Of a DNA stretch of 64,000 nucleotides, positions 11,037 through 27,800 are shown in pieces; the stretch's first letter is position 1, and each line of letters begins with the position of its first letter. This DNA comes from Balanoglossus misakiensis. Taxonomy: Eukaryota > Animalia > Hemichordata. Both the position numbers and the translations under genes were made by a program. The DNA lies in assembly GCA_040954595.2 (NCBI GenBank), contig CM082578.2, positions 13,546,304 to 13,610,303 on the forward strand, written 5' to 3'. The notes beneath the pieces were generated by a model. The model saw only the letters and a list, made by a program, of their open reading frames with translations, had not been told where the DNA came from and did no database searches.

Positions 11037-12360
11037 AAACAGCTTTATATAGTACAATAATAGTAGTCGTAGGTAAACCACAAAATAAACCATAGGTACT
11101 TAAGAATCTATGAGTAAACATAATTTTTGAATGATGGAACATTATCAGAAAAACTTATAAACACACTGCAATCTCAAAAGATTTCTGGTTTGATGCAAAA
11201 AGCATCCAAGTGTATGTACGTATGATGATCGATACATCTTGGTTCAGTTGAAAGCAATTTTAGTGCTGAGCAGTTGCTCTTTGGAAAGTAAATTGCAGTA
11301 TAGATTGATCCTGGAGGAATATTGATTTTCTTTAATTACAGTTGACTTTGGTTAAGTTCTCAGGTGGTATTTTTGCTCATTTTAAAAGATGTGCACATAA
11401 TTGTGAAGACATGCAGTGATGTAAAACTTGTGTTGTGGTAGGTGTAGGCTACTAATAATGGTGACACACCCTAGTACGTTGTAATTCAATCTGCAAAGTA
11501 AATGTTTGGCACTGTTATCAACTGAGTATAATGTACAGAAAATGTTTGAATGATTTTTGGATGCTGTAGACATTTGTCAGTTTTATAGTTAGTACATTAT
11601 TAAATGAATAAAGCGTGATCATTAGACATATTTTTATGGTACTGGAGTGTCACTTATATTAATTCTCATATATGATCACACACACAAACACAAATAACAT
11701 GTGGCAGTCGTATATCTTTATTGAATCTGAATGAGTTACTTGGCAGGTAATGATTACAGATCACTAGAACTTGTCAACAGACAACTCATGCTCTGCTGTC
11801 TATGATACATTCCAGTTATGTCCAATGATACCCACCAGGTGATATAAATCCCAAATGAAACCGTTCTTTGTATAAGGGAAGTTGCAGTGGAATTTTGAGT
11901 TCATGCAATGAATCCAGAACCTTTTCCTACTCAATTATGGAATATTCACATCTTGAACATGATAATTTAATTCTTCACTCATATTGCACATTTTAATATA
12001 GTCTTTTAGACTGATCAAATTGAAAAAAAATGAGGATAAATTGAAAAAGAAGACCCTTTAAGGGTGAATTGGACACTTCCCCAAGGAAGAGTTCAAAGTT
12101 CAAAGGCACTATTGGCAAGACAACAGAAACAACCAGGTATGTTCCATGGTGAACAATTACAACAAAAACGGGTTCACAATTTTGGAATGACAAATTCTGT
12201 CAGTTGTGAAAAATAAGAGGGAAAATAAAGATCATAATTGAAAACAACATAAAAGTTCTGAGAGAACAAAAAGTGTTAGCTCCTTAATTTAGACTACTGG
12301 TAAGAAGAAATATACTGGAAGACTTTGTACTCATAAATGTATCACATGAGAGTTGTTCAG

Positions 12361-16607
<4,247 letters not shown>

Positions 16608-16619
16608 CGTTCAATGAGC

Positions 16620-18041
16620 TACACACTGTATGCCCTCGGCTGATGTTGTGTTGAATCGGATGGTAGATAGTTTGAGTTCAACGCTTGGTGGCGCTGCATG
16701 GAAAAGTTTCGTTGGCATGGCGACGAAACCATGAGAACCTTTACATGTTAGAGTATACCTTTGCAGAGGAAATGGATGAACATCCATTGGCTGAGAACAT
16801 TAAATGAAAAACTTCCATAGAAACACACTTTGGGAAGGGTGCTTGAGAAATCAATCTGTACAGGATGATTGATTTCACTGTGTTCTCCCGATTCAAACCA
16901 GAACAGCCACAGTCTTCTGACTTCTCCTCATTCACTGATATCATCCTGTACCCAAAACTCAGAAATGCTACTTCATGGCTATAAGAGAACATTTCTAATA
17001 TGCTCCGTCATATTTTGACTGACATTTGTCTCGCTTTCCTCTGATCTTCACTTCACTAGATGCTTTAATCAATGCGACAATAAAAGCACAAAATGATCCG
17101 GTCGATCCAAAGATTTCCAAAATGGCGGCACAAGCGCATTCATTGTGTTGGAACCACAAACGTTTCGACCCTTTGTTCGTGCTTTTATTTTGTTCACTCG
17201 GGGTTGTCATTTTTATTATTCGAATATTGAGATGTCATGAGATTCGACAATAAACTCTAATTCTTCCAAAACTTCAAAATTTCAAAGCATATTACGTACA
17301 CATTTTAGTACCACTTTGGCAGAGTGCAAGAACATTTTGCAGCCTGGAAGGCGCCCTCTGTGTTCAACCAAAGCTTTTCTGTAAAATATCGATTTTTTAA
17401 GTAGCCATTGAAATTGTGATCACCCCAAAGTATTTGAGATAAGGTTTTCAATTAAGTATTGCTTTTTCTTTGAAATGAACTATTCAGTGGACACCGGCGT
17501 TTTTAAACACTTTGATTTTTCGCTTAATTGAGTCGGTCCCACATTTCGCCGCAAACATATGTAACGATTACTGGTATTGGGCAGTAATGTAAGAGCGTGG
17601 GATAAGTAACCAATCAACACGTCTGCTTTGACAAAATAAATAATAAAGGAAGCCGCCTATTGTGGTTCGGTCATACCTGTGTCAGAGCTTGAAGACAGCA
17701 GCGTTCACCACTACGGAAGTGAGGATTTCCCTGTCGTTTGGGCGTTTCGTGGAGTGACAATTATGGGTGCATTTCAACTATAACAAGAAAGAAATAACGA
17801 CGTGTGCATTCGAGATTAAGAAAGGTCACATATGCACTGAGGATATTACAATTTAGAGTTAACCGGAAAGCATTTATATCTTGGAATCTGCGAGTATCTT
17901 TCGGTGCTCTGCACTGTGACTGGAACAGCTTACGTTCTGTTCCTCACTCGATCTATCTGATATGATCATTCGTCAATGAACTTAAGTCGTGCTCGTCGAG
18001 TCCTAGATCCTCAACGGTCTTGGTAGCGAACTCGTCCAAAC
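16620..18041. promoter_or_regulatory. Divergent SUMF1/ITPR promoter region and ITPR 5' UTR
   Basis: CpG-rich interval between head-to-head genes; X-box-like GTTGGCATGGCGAC at 16711, YY1-like CAAAATGGCGGC at about 17118, CCAAT at about 17611, ETS-like CGGAAGTG at about 17714. Confidence 0.5.
16858..16951. repeat. 67-bp copy of SUMF1 exon 1 (16452-16518) at 16873-16939, flanked by 12-bp inverted repeats
   Basis: Direct comparison: one mismatch in 67 bp; GTACAGGATGAT (16858-16869) and ATCATCCTGTAC (16940-16951) flank the copy. Confidence 0.9.
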
Positions 18042-18717
18042 ATGAGTGACATGTCGTCTAGTTTCCTTCATATCGGAGACATTGTATCCCTTTACGCCGA
18101 AGGCAGCGTCAATGGCTTTATCAGCACCCTGGGGTAAGTCTCATTTCTTAGACCCAAACGCTGGTCCCACAACCCAGTTTATGTGTTGCAATAAACACGC
18201 ATGATGTAAATATCGTTTTGCACGCATTGTGTTTCGAAAAAATGATGACTTATATTGTAATTTTACAGAATTATAACAGGAACTTCCTCATTAATTTCTG
18301 TCACTTTTTTTTCTTTCTGCGCAGCCTTGTCGACGACCGTTGCGTTGTCCAACCAGATGCCGGCGACCTGTCAAACCCGCCTAAGAAATTCCGAGGTAAA
18401 GTGTAAAAATATTTTTCAAACATACTTTTCTTTTTATGTTTGTTTGTTTACTTTTGCACGAAATTAGTTGTTCTCTACAGATGAAAATAACAGTGGCTGC
18501 TTTTCTTTTCTTTTCTTTTCTTTTCTTTTCTGTTCTTAAGAATCTACCAGAAGTTAAATATAGTAACTATTGCATAATATTACAAGTAACAGTTTTCTTT
18601 CTTGTTTGGAACCGATTCACAAACTGCACGGGCTATATCACCAGTTGCCCCCCCCCCCCTTCAGTCCACAATCTGTTGACATTACAGATGCGTTTACATT
18701 GATGCTACTGATGATGG

Positions 18718-18790
<73 letters not shown>

Positions 18791-18809
18791 ATGATATTGA
18801 TGATGATAT

Positions 18810-18874
<65 letters not shown>

Positions 18875-21800
18875 GGACTGTTACAGAATATTTTTTTTTA
18901 AGTGATGGAGGGACCATGAATTACCGTAATGTTTAAAAAATTAAGATGGGCTAAAATTTTGTAAGTTTGCTTATGATGTATTTCTGTTCTGTTTTATCTT
19001 CACAGATTGCCTGTTCAAAATCTGCCCAATGAGCAGGTACTCTGCTCAAAAACAGTTTTGGAAGGCGGCAAAACCCACCCTAACCAATGCAACTGATGCA
19101 GTTCTACTTAAGAAGCTTCATGTGAGTATAACTGCAGTAAAGATGTTACTCACCAAAAACCCAATGTTTTGAATTTCTCCTCACAATTCCTTTAATGAAA
19201 CACACACACAGCATGCTTGTAATATTCATGCGTGAATCACTTCTGTATAAAATAATGAAGATAATAATGCCTCATATATTGCTCATAGACCACTTCGCGG
19301 ATAGGGTATCTGCAATGCATGATGGTATAATTTGCGTTCCAAATGGCGTCTAGTAAATGGCTAACGCACGCGCTGATCAGAACGCAAACTGTCCAACAAC
19401 ACTCTGCGTTATTCTATCCGCGAAGTGGTCCATGCTGATGAGTTGTTTTCCCAGAGATGTTGTCGCTTGAAGGTTCAAAGGTCAAGTTTGGTAGTTTATT
19501 GCTCAAAACAGATATGATCCAGTGACCTGAATATTCAGATTTATACTAGTAGTGGCAAACACCGACATGATTATTTGGATAAATGAACTATAGTTCACTC
19601 TAACTTCAATTCAGTTTATTGATGTCGCACAAGAGTCATAATAAAGCAGGAAATAATAAAAAGTTTAACTCTCTTTCCTGTGGTTTACTGTACATGTGTA
19701 TCATAATACATGAAATAAGGTGTGTTATGATGTTTTGAGACTTTTCAGGGGACTTTGTATGTTGACATTCAAATGCAGTTGAGCATGGTGTAGGATGGAA
19801 AGTACAAATTTCCCCTTGAAGTCAATGACCCATGATTCTGTCAGTACGGATGGCTGCACATGACTTCATGTTTTAACATTGTGGTGAATATAATACACAA
19901 ATGATACTGTCTGCTATATTGAATGTCAAAGGAGCCGTAAGATTTAACGGTAGCATTCACCTGACATGACTTGCTTGAGTTCACTTTAAATGTTAAAGAA
20001 CGTCAACAGATGAGAAAACTGAGTTGCAATTGAGATCGGAAAGTTAATGAGTTGCTCGAATTTTAATTTGTGTTCAGAACAAAATTCTTTGGTTATGTAT
20101 TTATCAGTATACAGTGTTTACTGTTTAAATCTCTCATTATTTGTATAATACTTATATTTGAACAGTTTTAGAAGGTCATGTTGTACAGATATTGAATGTG
20201 AGCATATCAAATCTAGTTTATCTGGTTGGTCCCTGTAGCTTTACACGTCCAATATTCAAATTCAAAGTTAGTTAAGTAGTTGGTGACATGTAAAAGATGC
20301 ATACAGACAATTGACTTGCTTAAACAACACTGTCATATAATTATAGTGGTCTACAAGAGCAAAATTCAGTTTTAATAATATAAGTATAACAGTATATGAA
20401 ACTGTTAAAAACCACTTGGTGAAATGCGACATGGATGTACTGGCATATTGACCAAAGTACTGATGATTTATACAAAATGTAGATGAGAAATCTTTTTCAT
20501 TTAGCAGGAATATTGGAAGTGCTTAAATATTTGATATAACCACACCATCATGGTGTACTGAAGACTGAGATAATAGAATTCCTCAAAGTGCATTAAAATA
20601 GCTGTGTAATCGTGTAATCCAATTGTGGCTAGCTTGGTACATGTATATTACATGCACCACATTGTACTTTCTCATGAATAATATTAACAGCTGCAAAAAA
20701 GTCATTATATCAAGGTGTACATGTATGGCTGTCCCACTGAGAAAAGTTTGTATGAAATTGAAGAGTATGTCTGGTGACTTGTGACACACAGGTTATGAAC
20801 TGGCTATTGGGCACAATATTGAGCTGATCCTGATGCATTGGATGTCATCACCCCATTACATGTTTATGTTTTTCAATTACCTCTATATGTCATGGTGGGT
20901 TTTTCATTTACAGTGCCTGGTAGGGTTTTACTTGAGCTGCAAGGTGACGTGTGTAAGGATACGTGTATATTCTTGCAATGTGATTTACGTCTCCATGAAA
21001 CAAATCTTCCCCATCTTTCTCCCTTTTTTTGTCATCAAGGAAAGTGAATGGTGTACACAACCATTTCCTTGTGTGCCAAATTCTGAAGCAGTTTGGTGAA
21101 TGACAAATAACGACACATATACACAAAATGTACACAGTGCAACACTGACCCAGTTATTATGGAGGATATCCTCCAAGTGTACTGGTAGTGTTGGTCGTGA
21201 ATTAAAAAAAAAACGAATTTTCAAACTGTACGAGCCTCTAATTTTTTTCTAAGATTACCACCAGTCCATGTACCATACTAAAAGATTTTTGGTTTTTAGT
21301 TCTAGTATACACAATACAGAAAAGAGTAGAAGGAACATTTCTTATTCCAAAGCAAGTTATCAACGTTATGAAGGATGCTGAATATTCATCAAATTCACCA
21401 CAAATATTAACAAATTGCTGATTGAATTAGGTGGCTAAAAATAGAACAAAAGAATGAATATGTATTGAGCTAAAGTGTTTTTCGTGTATACATGTGTTAT
21501 CTCCCCACACTCTTTGTTGGAATAATTTCCTGTAATTTCCATGCCTATTTTGAAGCTGATCAGTCTATTGAACCTATTAGAAGTGTGAATTAATGACTTG
21601 CCTATGTGTGTATTGTATTGGAAACTTGCTATGTGATTGTGAGCGCTTGAAAATGTCTACAGTTATAATATCTTCAGCAATGCCAAATTGCCCATGGGTT
21701 TAATAGTTGCACCATCTGTACATTGGCCCAACCTTACTTAGCAGACATGTATGTTTTTTGCTTCCATCTGGTGTATAATGGGATTGTATGTACAGTGTAT

Positions 21801-24800
21801 GATGAATATATTAATATTGTAATTTTTATGGTTTTTGCCATTTTTTGCTAAACAACCTGTGTTCGAAACCAACTATAATGTTTGGTTTGCAGGGTCCAAA
21901 ATAAGGATACCTAGTAAGCAATGGTAAACTGTAGCTAGCTGTGCCCATATGTGGTGCAGTTCAGAGCAGTTATTTGATAGTGCAGATGCCAAAGTTGTAG
22001 TTCAGCACCAAACAAAACTGCGTACTTTAGACATGTAGTCAGTAACAGATATTGTTTGGCTTTTTGAGATAGGCAGGGAGAAATGAAATGTATTATTAGC
22101 AACATACACAAATCCCAGTGTAAAATTAGAACCAAGTACAGGATCAACTTTTAATGGTTTAGCCCTTGACATTTTAAAATATTATCTACAGCAAGGCGAC
22201 GAATGATGCTTGGTGCCAGGGCACTGTATAACACACAAACACTATCAAGTGACATATACATACATGTATTTATGATGATTTTACTTGTGTATCTGGTTTC
22301 GTAGAATCAATCCTAGTGAAGAGGAAATTGTCATGGTAGACATTCTAAGTAGGCCACCGTAATTCAAAGTTTCCAGGAAAACTCCTAAGTGGTTTTGTAT
22401 GGGAATTGGGATTTATACAGACTATAACCTTTTGGCAGATATTCTTCATCGTCTTTCATTCTGTACAGATTTACTTTGTGAGAATTGCTCCATAGTATCA
22501 CTCAGTATTACCAAATGAAAATCCCATATATTAATTTAGTTATAATCTCATTGTGATGGATAATGTGTCAATTAAAATTTCTATGGCTTTGTATTTGATA
22601 AAGACGTTGATCACTGTTGGGTTATAGTCATATTATTTATCAATATTTGTAATTGTTCACTCAATTGTGCATGTCATAGACAGAAAAGAATTATTTCATT
22701 GAATTCAGTAATGTCCCTTGGTTTTGCATGTATATTTTTGTAATTGCTAGCTGAGTTTATAAATTTCAGAAGGTGCCACTCATTTTTAGGCATGAATGCA
22801 CTACATTAAGACTATTAAAAATGAAATAGCTTTTTGCATTCCTTGTGATGGCAGTGGGCCTTTAATATGATGTTGATTTCATTGATTTACGTACTTCAAG
22901 TCATGCAGAATTAAGTTTACAAAAGTATAATTGCACTTTTTTGACCTATAGAAGAACTGAATGTATCCACTGTTGCACACAGTGAAAATATGTATATACA
23001 AAATTACAAGTGTGTTTGTAACAGGAGTCAAAACCGTTGTTCTGAGGAGGTGAGGCATTCATTTTAGTGTAACACACTACTCTTCCCCACAATGGGCTTT
23101 TTTGAATTCCAGAATGTTGAGAGAAAGCCCAGCAGCATATAGGTAGCATATGTGTCTGAGTATATACATGTATTACAAACATAGACGAAATACCTTGCTC
23201 TGATCAAGCCGATGTTTAGTCTGGAAGTAAGATTCAATTTTGAAGATATTTTCTGGCATTTGATGGTATTTGTAGAACTCTTGTATTCCTCTGCATGGAA
23301 TACTGAAGATGTTGGCCCTTTGGATATTTGACCCTATTTACTTGTCTTTTGGTGCAGCAATACTAATAATATTGTCAAGTACTGTACACCTCAGCAGAGT
23401 ATTGTGATGGACACGTACTTTGCTGTCTCTATCTAATCTCTGCATCACACCTAATACTACTGGCATAATCAGTTCCTGATTGAATTCAGAATATAATTGA
23501 ATGCAATTGCTTTATAATGTCTTCCTATGAGATTCCTCTGTCGTACGGGTACTCAATGTTAAGATTTACAGTGGATTGTGTAGTCATCTTTGGTTTGAAA
23601 CCTTCAACATTATACATTTAATTGCTATTTGAATGCTTCCTGTTAGCATTTTGGCAGAACTTGGCAACTTCTGCTGATGTAGACATTTTTCAAGTCATTA
23701 GTTCCAAATACATGTATGTAATTTAAGAAATGATAATTGATGGGGCAATGGTATAGTACAGGTGTGCTAGTTATACACGTAATAAGCCAGTACATCAAAT
23801 TTGTCCAGGTCAACTCCTCTTGATATTTGAACTGTTCTGTAATTTGATTTCTTTGACTGATAAGGAAAAGTGACTCTTGTTTAAATTTGCTCTGAATGCA
23901 CTCAATTTTTCTTCTTCGTAAGACCAGATTTTCCCATGATGGTTATCTCTAATGCAATAAAATTCTTTTTAGTCCACCTCAAAGTTTATGGTTTCTCTAG
24001 ACATGTGTCAAGAAGCATCTACCGGTACATGTATTTTATTCAATTTGTGTGATGTTTATTTCATGCGTACATGTATATCAAACCGGAAATGTAGATCTTT
24101 TCCAAAGGGACCGTCCATTCTACTTTATCACTCTTGGCAATCAAATAATGCAATATCATAGTGGATGAAAAAGTCCATCTTCTTGAACAAAAGACTCCCT
24201 AGATAACATATAAAGTGCATCATCATGTTCCATGGACAGCTCCCAATTGACGTCACAGATACTTGGTCGCCTGATATTATCAGTAGCTGTATTGAGATCA
24301 GTGCAATGAAGAACATTTTCAGTGCATTAGGGAATGATTGTGTCCTGTTGAGTGTGTATAAATAGGGGACCAACACCGTCACTGCATTTTGTCCTTCAGA
24401 ACAATTGCCATGACAACCATAGCAAATGTGAAAGTAATGACACTGATGATGTCCTTGTAAGATTTTATTGAGAGATGTTTTCAAGAGGGTTTTCTACATC
24501 CTTGTATCTACCAGTAATTATACAACTATCAATTGAATTATGAGTGCAGTGTTTTATATATATGTGTTGAACTCAAGTTTTAAGTTTTGCCATCATGGTG
24601 GCGCCATGATTTATTTCACGATATGAAAAGCAGACTGAAAACTGTTTGGTTTATAGAAGTGTCCAGATTATACAGGGTCTTCCTACAATCTATCATGAAG
24701 GGAACTGGACGTCCAATAGATAGGCTCTTGATTATTGAGAGTTTGGTTCAGACTCTGGTACTGTTACGTCCATGGTTTCACTGAAGCCCCATTGAAGTCT

Positions 24801-27800
24801 ATTTTATATGCCCACTGCAAGGTACTAGCAACAGAATGTTACAGTGGAAAACTGACCAGATCCTCCATCTGTGATATAGCCACATGATTAAAAGCCTGTC
24901 AATTCTCAGAATTCTTCAAATACTCATTGCTACCATAGCCAAGCTAGCTGTCACATGGTCTGTACCTGTACTTGACCTACATGTGATGACGGTTTCTGTA
25001 GAGGCTGCAGCTGTACCAGTCATCAGTCATCATCGTGTACAATAGGTTGCAAATAATTATATTAACTAAATCTAACCCCAGCAATTGCAAATCTATATTT
25101 ATTACATGTATGGTGTCAGCTGCAAAAAGACCCTTTCTGTATAAGCTGCAACAGAAACTGGTTTAGGCTATATATGTCTATGAAATTATTTGAACTTGAA
25201 TATAATTTTTGCAGTGAAAAAGCAGTCCAGTTGACATGTGTCCAAGACAAATTGTTGCAGTCCAGTGTAAGAAATGACTTGTAAATGAAAGTTCATTCAT
25301 GTTGCGTTAGGTTAACAGCTGGCAAAATGCTTTACTGATTTTTGCCTTGCGAAGGCAATTTCTATAGGAAATCACAGCAATAGCCAATTTCCTTAGCTCG
25401 AGTCATTTCTCACTAGTGAATATCAAGCATCTTGTGGTCCTTCTTATGACGTGGGCTGATATTTGTGGATGCATGCTGCACTTATGAAAGGGAGCTGAAT
25501 GAAACGTCAGCTTGTCTACCACTTCAGGCTGTATTCCTAATTACTTCATAATGCTGATCTGAGTACTGCAACTTGTATGCAAACCCAAGGGACAATCATG
25601 CACATGCAAAGGACAGAAACAGCGAGGATTAAATCTTGATCATTTTTCACCCAGCATCTGAACGTGATTCTCAATCTGATGTACACAAACAAGCCTGCTG
25701 GCTGTTCTTAAGATGTAAATTACGTACATGTACTCATCTGATCATCAAGTTGAATTTGACGTAACTCCACCATTACTGTTTTTGTATGTGTGTTCTGTAA
25801 GTGACAGCACCTGCCTTTTAACCACTGACATTTAAACGTACTACATATACATGTATGTGTTGTTTCGGGACTTTTGACTTGATCAGTACAGTGGATAGTT
25901 CAGCTCAGTAGTAACTAAATTTGGTGATATCTGAAATAAATATCACCATGACAAACTCTATATAAACAACAGAAGTGTGGAGATTTTGTTTCTTGTAACT
26001 CAGTGACGTTTGTTTTCCCAGTTTGTGCCACTTTCTCCAGACATTCAGTCATGTGCCTGCTTGGGTGTCCTGCTTAGGTGTTCATTGTAAACATACATGT
26101 AGCAACAGGTCTGTATTGTCTGAAACCATTGTCAGTCAGTGTCAGAGACAGGTGAAAAACTCCTGTTGAGACATCTGCTGTGGTTTTCCATCTTCTGTGT
26201 TTTCATTGAGACACGCAGAGACACTGTCATTGTAGATAGGAATGTCATTAGGTTTTTGTGCCAGATTTTGTCTGTGCTCTGATAAACAATTGAAGGATTT
26301 ACCATGGATTTACCAGCACTTGACTCATTGTCGTTCTTTCTACCTCACAGATATTGTTTTAACATGCTTTCAATACCCTGTGAGACACAAGGTTACATGT
26401 TTAATGAAGTTGTGAGATGAAAGGTCATCTAGTTCACAGATTGGGTTTCGCTGGTTTGGTTCTCTGAGTGCTATGAACTTGATGACCACATGGAGAATGC
26501 AGAGCTGACGGTTAAATTGTGTTGCCAAAACAGCCACTCATGCTGAGCTTACTATATGTAGTGTAACACAACTCAGTTTGGCATGTCTAGTCAGAAGCAC
26601 AAGGTATTTCAGTGTCACTTGTAGCAAGTCTAAGAAGAATACTGAAGATGTTGGCCCTTTGGATAGTCTTTTGACCCTATTTGCTTGTCTTATGGATCCA
26701 CTCACACTAATTAATAGCAGTGGAATTGGCCTGAATTTGACAAAGTTTATTTCATTGCGCTTCTGAAATACTGGTGTATACATGCAGGTAGTTTATCCAT
26801 TATTAAAACATATCAACTACTGAAGGATGTTACCATGGTGAATTTGTTCCCTATGGGAGTGATGTAATTTGTTACCATGGTAAAATTGTCCATGCACCAA
26901 ATGATGGCTGTTTAATGAAGAAGGTGTGCTGGAAGCAGATTTTGGTAACCAAATGACAAATCACATGAAAAATAGGTGATTAAACAAGACCAGAAGACGG
27001 AAGTGAAATCAGCCGTCATTTATGTCAAGAACCACCAGCGTATGACTTCTTTGACATCAGTTTATCACCATGCTGTGCCAATACATGTGTGTACAAACAA
27101 GATAGATGTGTGTGCAATTGCATGGATGGGATCTCATGATCTAGCTAGCATACCAGAGAAGGGGCAATTTCATCTCTGTGCCATAAACCACTGTTGACTT
27201 TACATCTACAATAAAAGGTCATCAACATGGAAACGTTGGTTATTGTGTCTCACTTGACCAATCTGTGTAGGGCTGTAGATGGCATTAGTAGGATCAACAG
27301 ATCATCAACCAGTTGTAAGCATAAGTAGTTGAGGTCATAGGGTTATGCCCAAGGGTCCTCATCATTTCTTGTTTGTGTATTCATAACCCATGGATGATTA
27401 ATCAACAGATAGTACATTGTGTAATCAAATATCATCTGTGTTGACATTTTTTTGCTGGACATGAATATTGTAAATGTTTAAATAAGTAACACGCATCTGT
27501 TTTGGGTATTAGGGATATTGTCAACAGCAAAACCAGCATTTGAATTGGTGCCTACAAGGTATACATGCCTTGTACCTTGCACATGTACACAAATGAGCAA
27601 TAAATAATCTGAAAGGTAAAGCACAGAAATGAAATCCCAGCCCACGTCAAGAATGTTCAGTCCCCTTCAGTCTACTTCAATCATCTCAGGAACTGACACA
27701 CCCATTTGGGTAGAGCAGCATGTACATGTACTGTACCATCCTGAGCCATAACCTGGACATGAATTGTTGACATTCTCATAATGCTGGTAAAACCAGCAGT

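Noticed and set aside
16741-16992. 83-aa ORF containing [22 protein letters not shown] as a SUMF1 paralogue
   Set aside because: Similarity is limited to the 67-bp copied fragment; the flanks are unrelated.
18570-18917. Poly-Met and poly-Ser/His ORFs
   Set aside because: Translations of the (GAT)n microsatellite.
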